Below are positions 40,655 to 50,717 of a stretch of DNA of 64,000 nt, in pieces. Source of the DNA: Deltaproteobacteria bacterium (GTDB lineage: Bacteria; Desulfobacterota; GWC2-55-46); NCBI GenBank assembly GCA_019912665.1, contig JAIOIE010000018.1, positions 751,433-815,432 of the forward strand, given 5' to 3'. Position numbers and translations under genes: made by a program. A model generated the notes under the pieces. It ran no database searches, was not told the DNA's origin, and saw only the letters and a list, made by a program, of their open reading frames with translations. How positions within the stretch are numbered: the stretch's first letter is position 1; each line of letters starts with the position of its first letter.

Positions 40655-41305
40655 TCGATGGATTTTGATTAAAAAGAGAAGACGGGCAAAAACAAAAAAA
40701 CCTTTTCAGAAGTTTTTTCGTTTTTTGAATTTTCTTTTTAAGAAAAAAAGGAAATCCGGGAAGCTGTATGCCAATTTAAAAAGACAAACATTGCATGGAC
40801 TGCTTTCAGCCAATCCGTAGGTTTCCTGAAGGCTTTTTTTCAACGCCCTGCTAGCCGCCGTCTTTTAAGGCCTCGGCCATTTGGGGCATAGCCTTCAGGG
40901 CCTCTTTAGGTGGTTTGCACGCACCTTGCGGATGGGGGTCCAAGGACCCTGGCTCCAGCCCATGCAACGCTTGTCTTTCTATTTATATTTTATCAGCTAG
41001 AAGGAACTGACGCAACTGCAACTTTTTATGAGTTTTAAAAGGCGCATCCAACGGAGAAAAGACCAAGACAGCAAGTGGCGGCCCAAGGGAACGGTTCAGG
41101 CGTCCCTCCAAGGGAAATACTCACGTATTCCCTTGAGGGCTTGCTCACCCCGCTCCGGTAGGACCCCTAGCGGGAACTGTAGCTCATCTCCATCAGATGC
41201 GCCTTTTATGTTTTTACTGTCTTTCCTCTCAGCCTTTTATTATTTATCTTTCTATAATTATATTATCCCTATTGAAAATACTTGTCAATTTTATCCGGGG
41301 CCGAT

Positions 41306-42223
41306 TTAAGAGGCCGGCTTGCCGGCCAGGCCTTCCTCGCTACCCTCGACGGCATCGCCCGGTGCGGGCCTGGTCTTCCACCTGTTATGGACCCAGAACC
41401 ACTCTTCCGGATGTCTTCTGACCATCTCCTCCACTACCCTGGCGAACCTGGCGGTATTTACGGCAGCGTCCTTTTCCCTGTCTCCTGTAGAAGCGACCTC
41501 GACCTCTTTTTGCACCTCTATCAGATGGCCGGGGCCCCGCCTCCGTATGAAGACCGGGACAACGGGAGCGCCGCTTGCGAGCGCAAGGAGCGCGGGACCT
41601 TTGTTCGAGCAGGCCGGCACGCCGAAGAAATCCACGAAGAAGCCCTCGCTTCTCGTAACGTTCTGGTCAACGAGTATGGCCACGGCCGAGTTCCGGGCAA
41701 GGCCCTTCATGAGCTTCCGCATGGCGCCCTTCTTGTAGACTATCCTGTTCCCCGACCGGGTCCTCACCCATGTCACGAACCTCTCGAAGAGGCTGTTATC
41801 GAGCTCCCGGACGACTATCTCCGGCCTGTATCCCCTGAGGCCCAGGCACGCTCCGAGTAGCTCCCAGTTCCCGAAGTGCGCGGTGAGTATGATTACGCCC
41901 TTGCCCCTGGCAAGCGCCCTCTCCATGTTTTCGAGCCCGGTCCACTGGACGAGTTTATCCATCTTTCCGCGGCTCAGCCACGGGAGCCTCGTGAACTCCA
42001 GGAGCATTATCGAAAGATTCCTGAATACATTTCTCGCTATCCTCATCTTTTCGGCCTGCCCGAGCGCCGGTCCGAATGCCCGATCGAGGTTACCGAGCGC
42101 GATATTTCGGTGCTTCTTGAGAACGCGGAAAGCGATGCTTCCCAGCGCGCCGCCAAGCAAAAATACAGTCCGGTAAGGCATGTGGCCGAGAAGAAATGAG
42201 AGGGCCTTCAGTAGGAGGAGCAT
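41306..42223 (-). CDS. Lipid A late acyltransferase (LpxL/HtrB family)
   Basis: ILTAHFGNWELLG motif. Located in the lpx cluster. Confidence 0.7.
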   Translation of the reverse strand: MLLLLKALSFLLGHMPYRTVFLLGGALGSIAFRVLKKHRNIALGNLDRAFGPALGQAEKMRIARNVFRNLSIMLLEFTRLPWLSRGKMDKLVQWTGLENMERALARGKGVIILTAHFGNWELLGACLGLRGYRPEIVVRELDNSLFERFVTWVRTRSGNRIVYKKGAMRKLMKGLARNSAVAILVDQNVTRSEGFFVDFFGVPACSNKGPALLALASGAPVVPVFIRRRGPGHLIEVQKEVEVASTGDREKDAAVNTARFARVVEEMVRRHPEEWFWVHNRWKTRPAPGDAVEGSEEGLAGKPAS

Positions 42224-43257
42224 CAGAGGACACCCTTCAAGACCGGGGCAAGCGAGGACTCGAGGAGCCGCTTCTCTATATCCACCTTGACCCTGAGCGC
42301 GAAGACCGGCGTCCGCTTTTTTATAGCCTTGAGCTTTACCCCGTCCTTTTCCGTGGTAACGACCAGGTCCGCGCCCCGGGCCTTCTCAGCAATGGCCGAG
42401 GAGTCCATGTCCGTGTAAGAGTGGTGGTCCGGGAATTCAAGCGAGGAGGAGACTATGCATCCCAGCTCATTGAGGCTTCCAAGGAACGAGCCGGGTTTCG
42501 CGATGCCTGAAACGGCAGCGACCTTCTGCCCCTTTAGCGATTCGAGAGGAAGCTCCTTGCCGGAATCTATATCATAGAGCGAGTCTGGCCTGTAGGAAAA
42601 GACGATGTAGGGGACCGAGTGCTCTCTCAGGAGTTCGAGGGTCCTGCCCTCCGGTTTTCCCCCCTTCACCAGCGCGAAATCCGCCCTCTTTAGCCCCGAG
42701 ACCGGCTCGCGTAGCACCCCCCTCGGGAGGAGATAGCCGTTCCCGAAGCCCTCTTTCGAGTCCATGAGGACTATATTGATGTCCCGTTCAAGGCGCACGT
42801 GCTGGAAGGCGTCGTCGAGTATGATGACGTGAGGGGAGAACCTTTCGAGCGCGAAGAGCCCGGCCCTCACCCGGTCCGGGGAGACTACTACAGGCACACC
42901 GTGAAGCCTCGTTGCCATAAGGTACGGCTCGTCACCGGCCTCTGCCGGGCCCATGAGCACGCCTTCCGTGTCGGAGACGACCGAAACGCCCCTGGCGCTC
43001 CCCCCGTAGCCGCGGCTCAAGACCGCCACCCTCTTGCCGTCCTTCCTGAAAAACTCGGCAAGGAATATGGTCACAGGCGTCTTCCCCGTGCCGCCGACCG
43101 TGAGGTTCCCGACGGATACCACCTTCGCGGGGATCCTGTGAGTGGGGAATATGCCCGACCTGTAGGAAAAGAGCCTGGCCCGCACCCCTAGGCCATAGGC
43201 AAGGGACGCGGCGTAAAGGAGCGCGCGGGGCCCGAACCCGAGCCTTTCACCCCTCAT
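42223..43257 (-). CDS. lpxK: Tetraacyldisaccharide 4'-kinase LpxK
   Basis: P-loop [12 protein letters not shown]. Start chosen at MRGERLG downstream of the waaA stop; the longer ORF overlaps waaA. Confidence 0.8.
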   Translation of the reverse strand: MRGERLGFGPRALLYAASLAYGLGVRARLFSYRSGIFPTHRIPAKVVSVGNLTVGGTGKTPVTIFLAEFFRKDGKRVAVLSRGYGGSARGVSVVSDTEGVLMGPAEAGDEPYLMATRLHGVPVVVSPDRVRAGLFALERFSPHVIILDDAFQHVRLERDINIVLMDSKEGFGNGYLLPRGVLREPVSGLKRADFALVKGGKPEGRTLELLREHSVPYIVFSYRPDSLYDIDSGKELPLESLKGQKVAAVSGIAKPGSFLGSLNELGCIVSSSLEFPDHHSYTDMDSSAIAEKARGADLVVTTEKDGVKLKAIKKRTPVFALRVKVDIEKRLLESSLAPVLKGVL

Positions 43258-43288
43258 GCCGGCCTCTATCTTCCGTACTATGGACACC

Positions 43289-44581
43289 TTATCTCCTGAG
43301 GAGTTTTTCGATAGCAGAGGCTGCGCGCTCGGAAGCGCCTCTATTCTCCTCGACCACGCCCCGCGCCTTCCTGCCCGTCCTTTTCCTGAGCACCTCATTC
43401 GAAAGTAGCCCGTTGAGCGCGGGACCAAGCCCGTTATCGCTCCCGGCCCGTACGCCCCCGCCCTCCTTTTCAAGGAGCTCGGCCATGCCGAGGTAGGCGG
43501 CAAGGTGCGGCCCGTAGACCACGGGCACGCCATAGTACGCGGGCTCAAGGAGGTTATGCCCGCCGATGCCGGGGACAAGCGAGCCCCCGACGATAGCGAT
43601 ATCCGAGAGCGAGTAGACGGTCATGAGCTCGCCGATTGTGTCGAGAAGGACGATATCCGCGCCCCCTCCCCCTTCTACCCTTGACCGCCTCGCGTAAGCG
43701 AGGCCGCTCTTCCTGAGTATGGATTCGACCTCGTTGAACCTCTCGGGATGCCTCGGGGCGAGTACGAGCCTGAGCCCCGGGAACTTCCCCTTGAGCTCCC
43801 TGAACGCGGAAAGTACTATCTCCTCCTCGCCCGGGTGGGTCGAGCCCGCGGCTATGACGAGCGTTCCAGGGCCTCCGCCCAGGGCCTCTCTTAACTCAGC
43901 CAGAAGCCGGGGGTCCGTTACCGGGGGCGCGAGGTCGAATTTGAGGTTACCGGCAAGCTTGACACGCTCTTCCGACACGCCGACGGACACGGCCTTTTCC
44001 ATGTCCTCGCCCGTCCTTGCAAGAAATAGGCTCACCTCGTTAAAAACGTCCCTGAAAAGGAAGGAGAGCTTTCTGAACCTTTTGGCCGACTTATCAGAGA
44101 TGGTGCCGTTAACCACCACGACCGGCGCTCCGGCCCTCCGCATGGCCCTGAACGCGTTCGGCCATATCTCCTTCTCGACCACGATGAAAAGAGAGGGTTT
44201 CACAAGCGAAATGGCTCGCCGGACCGACCAGGAAAGGTCGAGCGGGTAGTAGATGAGCGCGTCGATTAGCCCCTTTCCTTCCTTTTCGGCGGTCCTCTGG
44301 CCTGTGGTCGTCACCGTTGAGAAGAGAATCTTTATGTCTGGCCGCCTCCGTTTGAGGAGCTTCAGGACCGGGAGCACGGCTTTCGTTTCCCCGACCGATA
44401 CGGCGTGCACCCACACCACCCTCCCTTTTCCCAGGTTTCTGAGTTTCCTTTTCCTTATGAACCCGAACCTCTCGGGGATGCCCTCCCTGTACTTGCGAAA
44501 GGTGAGCATTTTAAAAAGGAAGTACGGGATTAATAACAGGGTTGCCGCGAAGAGGAGTGTGTTATAGAGGAAATATGCCAT
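43289..44581 (-). CDS. waaA: Kdo transferase WaaA (KdtA)
   Basis: WVHAVSVGETKAV and a GT30 fold-like sequence. Start at MAYFLYNTLLF. Confidence 0.8.
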   Translation of the reverse strand: MAYFLYNTLLFAATLLLIPYFLFKMLTFRKYREGIPERFGFIRKRKLRNLGKGRVVWVHAVSVGETKAVLPVLKLLKRRRPDIKILFSTVTTTGQRTAEKEGKGLIDALIYYPLDLSWSVRRAISLVKPSLFIVVEKEIWPNAFRAMRRAGAPVVVVNGTISDKSAKRFRKLSFLFRDVFNEVSLFLARTGEDMEKAVSVGVSEERVKLAGNLKFDLAPPVTDPRLLAELREALGGGPGTLVIAAGSTHPGEEEIVLSAFRELKGKFPGLRLVLAPRHPERFNEVESILRKSGLAYARRSRVEGGGGADIVLLDTIGELMTVYSLSDIAIVGGSLVPGIGGHNLLEPAYYGVPVVYGPHLAAYLGMAELLEKEGGGVRAGSDNGLGPALNGLLSNEVLRKRTGRKARGVVEENRGASERAASAIEKLLRR

Positions 44582-44591
44582 CGAGGACGAG

Positions 44592-45250
44592 TTACTTCTT
44601 GAAGCGGTTGTCCGCGGCAGAGGTGATCTCAATCAGGGTCTTCTCCAGTCTGGCCCTTGCACTTTCCATCTCCCCGGGGTCCGCGTCATTTCCGACCTCC
44701 ACAGGCTCGCCGCATATGAAGACCCCCCTGGAGAACGGGTAAGGGACTATAAAGCCGTCCCAGCTGCCAAATGTTTTTTTTTTGAGGCCCCGAAGGTAAT
44801 GGGGAGTATGGGGAGGCCCGTTGCCTTGGCTATCTGTATGGCCCCCATCTGCGCCTTCATGGCCGGTCCCTTGGGGCCGTCCGGCGTGATTGCCAGGTCG
44901 CTACCCTCGCGGGCGGCCCTAAGGAGCCCCTTGATTCCCGCTACCCACCCTCTTGTGGTGGAGCCGCGGACCGAATCCATGCGGAAGCTGCGGACCGTGC
45001 GGGCGATAAGCTCGCCGTCCTTGCTCTGGCTGACCATTATCGATATTTTCTTCCCCAGGTAGCAGTAGGGCATCATGAGGAGCCGGCCGTGCCAGAAAGC
45101 GATCATGACCTGCGCGCCCCTGGAAGCGTATTCGCGGTAGCGGTCATAGCCCACGTAGTCGACCCGCATGGTGGCCCGAAGGAGCCTGATTACCCAGGCC
45201 GCCAGGAAAGGCAGCGCGGCCATTACGAATTTTTCACTCAACCTGCTCAT
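44592..45250 (-). pseudogene. DUF374 lysophospholipid-acyltransferase-like protein, reading frame broken at an A10 (plus-strand T10) homopolymer
   Basis: The ORF stops after GASKKKHLAAGTAL. With 11 or 8 A's the frame continues TFGSWDGFIVPYPFSRG...NRFKK and reaches the stop at 44592. Confidence 0.6.
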
Positions 45251-45350
45251 CTCGATAATTTGGGCCTATTCCGCCGGGATGTCGCCGAAACGGTTTGCGG
45301 CGCTCATAAATTAGCACGGCACGGGAATTTTCTCAATAGGCTCGCGCCCA

Positions 45351-47105
45351 TTATCCTTCAAACTGCATGGAATAAAGACGCGAATACTCCCCCCCGGAGG
45401 AGACGAGCTCCTCGTGCCTGCCCGTCTCCTTAATGGAGCCGCCCGAGAGGACCACTATCCTGTCCGCTCCCCTTACGGTCGAGAGCCTGTGGGCTATTAC
45501 GAATGTGGTGCGGCCGGATATGAGGTTCGAAAGGGCCTTCTGCACCTCCATTTCGGACTCGGTATCGAGGGCCGAGGTGGCCTCGTCGAGTATGAGTATG
45601 GGGGCGTCCTTGAGTATTGCCCTGGCTATCGATATCCTCTGCCTCTCCCCGCCCGATAGCTTCAAGCCGCTGTCGCCGACCACGGTATCATAGCCCTGCG
45701 GGAGCCTCGTTATGAAGTCGTGCGCGTTTGCAGCCTTTGCGGCGGCAATTATTTCCTCGTCGCTCCTCTCAACGCCGTAGGCGATATTTCTCTTTACGGT
45801 GTCATTAAAGAGGATCACCTGCTGGGAGACTATCGCCACCATGGACCTCAGGGACCTAAGCGAAAGTTCACGTATGTCCCTTCCGTCCATGAGTATGGCC
45901 CCTTCGGTAACGTCGTAGAACCTGGGGATGAGGTTAACGAAAGTGGACTTGCCCGCGCCGGAGCTTCCGACTATCGCTACGACCTCTCCCCTCCTTACGC
46001 TTAAGTCGATGCCCCTCAAGACCCATTCGGCGCCGTACCTGAAACCCACGCCCCTGAACTCGATAGAGTCCGGCGCGCCCGCCTGAAGGCCATTGTCCCC
46101 GACCTTCTCTCCAGGCCTGTCGATTATCTCGAAGACCCTGGCAGCGGCGGCAAGGCCCTGCTGGATATTGAGGTTCACCCCGTTAAGCGCCTTTATGGGC
46201 TGGTAAAACATTATTACCGCCGCGAAAAAGGAGATGAACGCCTCGGGCTCGAGGGTGCCCTGGCTTATCCTGTAGGCCGCGTACCATATGGTGACGGCAA
46301 AGGCAACGGCCCCGATGGTCTCCATGAGGGGCGAGGAGAGGGAGCGGACCTTGGCGGTCTTTATCTGGTTACGGGTGTAGCTTTCGTTCTCGGCCTGGAA
46401 CCGCCCGGACTCGTACCCCTCCATGCAGAAGGCCTTGACTATCCGTATCCCGGCTATTGCCTCGTGGAGGAGCGCCGTCATCGCGCCCATGGTTATCTGC
46501 CCCTGTGTCGAGACCTTCTTCATTCTCTTCCCGAGCTTCTGCATGGGGTATACCGAAAGGGGGAGCGCAACCCCTGCAGCCAGTGCGAGCTGCCAGTCGA
46601 GGCTTACTACCACCGCGCCGAGGACGATAATGGTGAGACTCTGCTTAAGGACCTGCGTGACCGCCTCGGAGGTCGAGGTCTGTATCATGTTGACATCGTG
46701 GGTTATGCGAGAGGTGAGGACCCCGGTAGAGGTATCGGAAAAAAAGCCGAGCGGCTGATCTAATATGTGTGAGTAGAGCTTTTTTCTCAGGTCGCGGACA
46801 ACACCCTGCCCCACGTACGCCATGAAGTAGGACTGGCCGTAAGAGCTTACGCCCTTCACCGCCGCAACGAGAATAATCGCGAAGGGTATGGCGAGCATCA
46901 TCATGTCCCTGGGGACGGTGAAGAGGTCGAAGGGGACGAGTTTCACATCGCCGCTGCCGTTTGTGAAAAGGAACTTCATCACCGGGCCTATGAGGTAGGC
47001 CATCGCGCCGTTCGAAAGGGCGAAGGCGACCATGCACACGAAGGCCATCACGAAATGGACCTTGTAGCGCGGCAAAAGCCTGAGTATACGGATATAGGTG
47101 TTCAT
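45351..47105 (-). CDS. msbA: Lipid A export ABC transporter MsbA (permease-ATPase fusion)
   Basis: Six-TM N-terminal domain plus Walker A GSSGAGKST, the signature LSGGERQR and Walker B ILILDEATSALD. It lies between lpxB and waaA. Confidence 0.75.
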   Translation of the reverse strand: MNTYIRILRLLPRYKVHFVMAFVCMVAFALSNGAMAYLIGPVMKFLFTNGSGDVKLVPFDLFTVPRDMMMLAIPFAIILVAAVKGVSSYGQSYFMAYVGQGVVRDLRKKLYSHILDQPLGFFSDTSTGVLTSRITHDVNMIQTSTSEAVTQVLKQSLTIIVLGAVVVSLDWQLALAAGVALPLSVYPMQKLGKRMKKVSTQGQITMGAMTALLHEAIAGIRIVKAFCMEGYESGRFQAENESYTRNQIKTAKVRSLSSPLMETIGAVAFAVTIWYAAYRISQGTLEPEAFISFFAAVIMFYQPIKALNGVNLNIQQGLAAAARVFEIIDRPGEKVGDNGLQAGAPDSIEFRGVGFRYGAEWVLRGIDLSVRRGEVVAIVGSSGAGKSTFVNLIPRFYDVTEGAILMDGRDIRELSLRSLRSMVAIVSQQVILFNDTVKRNIAYGVERSDEEIIAAAKAANAHDFITRLPQGYDTVVGDSGLKLSGGERQRISIARAILKDAPILILDEATSALDTESEMEVQKALSNLISGRTTFVIAHRLSTVRGADRIVVLSGGSIKETGRHEELVSSGGEYSRLYSMQFEG

Positions 47106-48286
47106 GTCCTCCGAACCAGGTCCGGGCTTACGTGGTAGTCGTGGTAGTCGAGATTGGTGATGAGGTTGTAGATTGTCCTGGCCGCCTTCTCTGCGGCCCC
47201 TCCCCTCCCGAGGTTTTTCCGTATCTGGTCGTAGCCCCTCAATATCTCTTCTCTCCGGGGTTCTTCGAGTATGGAAAGGACCTTTCCTGCTATGCCCTCC
47301 GGGCTGGCCTCGTCCTGGAGGAGCTCGGGGACCACCTCGCGCCCGGCGACAATGTTAGGAAGGCCCGCGTGGGAGAGATTGACGAGCCTCTTTGCTATGC
47401 CGTAGGAGAGGGCCGCCATTTTATAGACGATGACCATGGGCGTGCCTATGAGCGCGGTCTCGAGGGTCGCCGTACCCGAGGCGACAACGGCCGCGTCAGA
47501 CGCCCGGAGCGATTCGTACATCCGCCCCCGCACTATCCTTATGTCTGCCTTTGCGTCCTTGAGAGCCGCGTGGAAGAGCCCGTCCTCTATGCTCCGGGCC
47601 GCGGGCAAGAGGAATACGGCCTTTCCGTCAAGCTTCTCCGAGAGTATGCGGGCCGCCTCGGCCATTGGGCCGATGAGCCTTCTGACCTCGCCCGTGCGGC
47701 TCCCGGGGAGAAGCGAGACGACCCGGTCGCGGTTTTCGAGCCCCAGGGCCGCCCTCGCCTCTTCCCTCGTAAGATCGCATCTGACGGCATCGGCAAGGGG
47801 ATGGCCGACGTACTCGACATCGACCCCGGCCTCCCTGTAGATATAATACTCGAAGGGGAAGACGACCAGCATCTTGTTCACGAGGCGGGCGATCTTTTTA
47901 AGCCTCCCCTTCCTCCATGCCCAGACCTGGGGGCTTATGTAGTAGATGACCGGGACCCCGAGCCTCCTTGCCTCTTTCGCGATCCTCAGGTTGAAATCAG
48001 GAAAGTCTATGAGGACGACCGCGTCGAAATGCTCGCCCCGGAGCTGGCGCTTCAGGGTACTTATTGATTTGAGTATCCTGGGGAGCCTGGACGCCACCTC
48101 CACAACCCCGACGACCGAGACCTCGCGGGAATCGAGACCCACGAGCCCCTCTTCCTTCATGCGCCAACCGCCCATGCCGGCCACGTTGAGTCCGCCCGGG
48201 ACAAGCTTCTTCAATGCCCTTATGAGGGCCGCGCCGTGGAGGTCGCCTGACTCCTCCCCGCTTACCATCAGTATGCTTTTATCCAT
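47102..48286 (-). CDS. lpxB: Lipid-A-disaccharide synthase LpxB
   Basis: N-terminal ILMVSGEESGDLHGAALIRAL signature. Confidence 0.8.
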   Translation of the reverse strand: MDKSILMVSGEESGDLHGAALIRALKKLVPGGLNVAGMGGWRMKEEGLVGLDSREVSVVGVVEVASRLPRILKSISTLKRQLRGEHFDAVVLIDFPDFNLRIAKEARRLGVPVIYYISPQVWAWRKGRLKKIARLVNKMLVVFPFEYYIYREAGVDVEYVGHPLADAVRCDLTREEARAALGLENRDRVVSLLPGSRTGEVRRLIGPMAEAARILSEKLDGKAVFLLPAARSIEDGLFHAALKDAKADIRIVRGRMYESLRASDAAVVASGTATLETALIGTPMVIVYKMAALSYGIAKRLVNLSHAGLPNIVAGREVVPELLQDEASPEGIAGKVLSILEEPRREEILRGYDQIRKNLGRGGAAEKAARTIYNLITNLDYHDYHVSPDLVRRT

Positions 48287-48425
48287 TAGGCACGAAAGAA
48301 CTCGCGAGCAAGCCGGAAAAAGGCCGGTCCGGCGGGGTCAGCTAAATTTTGAACCAAGGGCGCGCAGCCCTGTAAAGCGCTCTTGCTTTGCGCAATATCC
48401 TGTTCCTGCCGGTCTTCAAGACCGG

Positions 48426-49382
48426 CTAAGGCGTCCTGAGCGTGGATTTGGAGGCCTCCCGTATCCTTTCGGCAAGCTCAAGGGCCCTCATCCCGTCCCT
48501 GCCCGAGACTACCGGCGGCTTCCCGTCCTTCACTGAAATAATGAAGCTCTTAAGCTCCTCGAGGAGCGAATCCTTCTTTTCGACCTTCACGTCCTCAGCG
48601 GCCTGGGTAGCGACCGGGCCGCTCCCGGGAACCGTCCTGTCAATATAGAGTGCCTGGGCCGCGTAGTCTATTGTGATTACCGCGCCCGGCTGGTAGACCG
48701 TTATCTTCCGTACCCGCTCCCTCGCGACCCTGCTCGCGGTAATGCCGGCCGCACAGCCGTTCCGGAACGCGACCCGGGCGCTCGCGAAATCGGCCTTCCC
48801 CGGAGACACCACCGGCAGGGCCGTAGCCTCTACATGCTCCGGCTCCGACCCGGCGATCGAGAGGACGAGGTCGATATCGTGTATCATCACGTCGAGGATG
48901 ACGTCCACGTCCGTGCTCCTGTTCGGGTAGGGAGAGGTCCTTACTGCCTCTATGTAGAGCGGGTCCCTTATGACGTCCTTGAGGGCAAGCATGGCCCCAT
49001 TGAACCTCTCGATGTGCCCGGCCTGCAATACGGCCCCGGCCCTTTCGGCCTCCCTTACGAGCTCCATCGCCGCCCTCGAATCAGCGGCAAGGGGCTTCTC
49101 CATCATCACATGGACGCCCCTTGAAAGGAACTCCATCCCGATCGAGTGGTGGAATTCGGTGGGAGTCGCTATGCTTACGGCGTCCACGAGCCCGAAAAGC
49201 TCGCCGCGGCTCCTGAAGGCCTTTGTTCCGACCTCTTTCGCGACAGCCTCGGCGCGCTCGGGGTCCGTGTCGACCACGCCCACGAGCTCGGCGTCCTCTA
49301 TCGCGGCGTACTTCTGGGCGTGGAACCTGCCGAGGTACCCTACCCCTATTACAGCTACCTTAATCCTCTTCCGGGAGCTCAC
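48426..49382 (-). CDS. Gfo/Idh/MocA-family NAD-dependent oxidoreductase in the lpx cluster (possible GnnA-like UDP-GlcNAc 3-dehydrogenase)
   Basis: Rossmann N-terminus KVAVIGVGYLGRFHA. The family assignment is firm; the GnnA function is inferred from position. Confidence 0.7.
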   Translation of the reverse strand: MSSRKRIKVAVIGVGYLGRFHAQKYAAIEDAELVGVVDTDPERAEAVAKEVGTKAFRSRGELFGLVDAVSIATPTEFHHSIGMEFLSRGVHVMMEKPLAADSRAAMELVREAERAGAVLQAGHIERFNGAMLALKDVIRDPLYIEAVRTSPYPNRSTDVDVILDVMIHDIDLVLSIAGSEPEHVEATALPVVSPGKADFASARVAFRNGCAAGITASRVARERVRKITVYQPGAVITIDYAAQALYIDRTVPGSGPVATQAAEDVKVEKKDSLLEELKSFIISVKDGKPPVVSGRDGMRALELAERIREASKSTLRTP

Positions 49383-50202
49383 TTTTCCTCTTCGTCCTTT
49401 CGCGCGCTATGCCCCTCTTCGAGCCCTTAATGAAATCCGCGAACCGCCTTGCGTGGACGGAATCCGGCATTTCGGCTACGAGCCTGTCAACGGCCTCCGC
49501 GGTAGAGATGGCGGACCTGAAGATTATGTCGTAAGACCTCTTTATCTCCTCGATGGCCTCCTTCGGGAAACCCTGCCTTCTTATGCCCACGGCATTGAGC
49601 CTGTACACCCTGGCCCTGTTCCCCACGGCCATGACGTAAGGGGGGATATCCTTGCTTACCGCCGAGGCGCCGCCTATTATGCAGTACGCCCCGATTCTCA
49701 CGTGCTGGTGGACCGCCACCAGGCCGCCCACTATGGCGTTGTCATCTATCGAGACGTGGCCGCCGAGGGTCGCCGAGTTCGCCATTATGACGTTATTCCC
49801 AATGCGGCAGTCGTGCGCGATGTGCACGTAATTCATGAAAAGGTTGTTGTTTCCGCACACGGTCATGAGCCTGTCCTTGGTGGTGGCCCGGTGTATCGTC
49901 ACGAACTCCCTGATGGTGTTCCCGTCCCCTATGATGGTCTCGGTCTTCTGCCCCTTATATCCCAGGTCCTGCGGGGCAGCGCCTATTGAGACGAACTGGA
50001 ATATGTCATTGCCCTTTCCGATGGTCGTCCACTTGTCTATGACCACGTGGGCGCCGACCTTCGTGTCCTCGCCTATTCTAACCCCTTCGCCTATGACCGT
50101 GAACGGGCCTATCTCCACCCCGGGCGCCAGCTCCGCCGTGGGATGGACGGATGCGGTCGGGTCGATACGGACTTTCTTTAGGGACGCAACTGACTCGCTC
50201 AT
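49360..50202 (-). CDS. lpxA: UDP-GlcNAc acyltransferase LpxA
   Basis: Hexapeptide repeats. Start at MSESVASLKKVRIDPTA. Confidence 0.85.
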   Translation of the reverse strand: MSESVASLKKVRIDPTASVHPTAELAPGVEIGPFTVIGEGVRIGEDTKVGAHVVIDKWTTIGKGNDIFQFVSIGAAPQDLGYKGQKTETIIGDGNTIREFVTIHRATTKDRLMTVCGNNNLFMNYVHIAHDCRIGNNVIMANSATLGGHVSIDDNAIVGGLVAVHQHVRIGAYCIIGGASAVSKDIPPYVMAVGNRARVYRLNAVGIRRQGFPKEAIEEIKRSYDIIFRSAISTAEAVDRLVAEMPDSVHARRFADFIKGSKRGIARERTKRKSELPEED

Positions 50203-50234
50203 TTTATGAAGTACGCCTTTCGTAGTTGGATGGA

Positions 50235-50708
50235 TTATTTTTCCATTATGGTGGCCATGAGCTCTGCCTCGGCCACGAGGTTCCCTTCCACGTACGCCTC
50301 TCCCTTGAAGACCCAGATGACCCCCCTGCACTTGGTCACTGTGAGCGAGAACTCGAGGGAGTCCCCCGGGAGGACCGGCTTCCTGAACCTGGCCTTGTCT
50401 ATGCCCATGAAGTAGACCACCTTGTTCTTGACGTCCGCCGACTTGAAGGCAAGCACCCCGCCGACCTGGGCCATGGCCTCGATTATGAGTACGCCCGGCA
50501 TGATGGGGTGACCCGGGAAATGGCCGTTGAAGAAGGGCTCGTTTATGGTGACGTTCTTAAGCCCCCTGGCGGATTTGCCCGGTTCGAGCTCGAGTATCCT
50601 GTCTATCAGGAGAAAGGGATAGCGGTGCGGCAGGATGCTCATTATCTCGTTCGTGTCCAGTAGCGCGGCCTTTGAGACCGGTGCCTCTGCCTGCAAAGTG
50701 TCGGTCAT
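50235..50708 (-). CDS. fabZ: 3-hydroxyacyl-ACP dehydratase FabZ
   Basis: [15 protein letters not shown]...[16 protein letters not shown]. Confidence 0.9.
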   Translation of the reverse strand: MTDTLQAEAPVSKAALLDTNEIMSILPHRYPFLLIDRILELEPGKSARGLKNVTINEPFFNGHFPGHPIMPGVLIIEAMAQVGGVLAFKSADVKNKVVYFMGIDKARFRKPVLPGDSLEFSLTVTKCRGVIWVFKGEAYVEGNLVAEAELMATIMEK

Positions 50709-50717
50709 ATCTCCTCC

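Noticed and set aside
41028-41309. 93-codon plus-strand ORF in the AT-rich block
   Set aside because: Low-complexity translation (poly-Ser/Phe/Tyr) of an AT-rich spacer. No RBS.
42223-43578. Longer 451-codon reading of lpxK starting at 43578
   Set aside because: The first ~107 codons overlap waaA in another frame and have no LpxK similarity. The start at MRGERLG (43257) fits the operon spacing.
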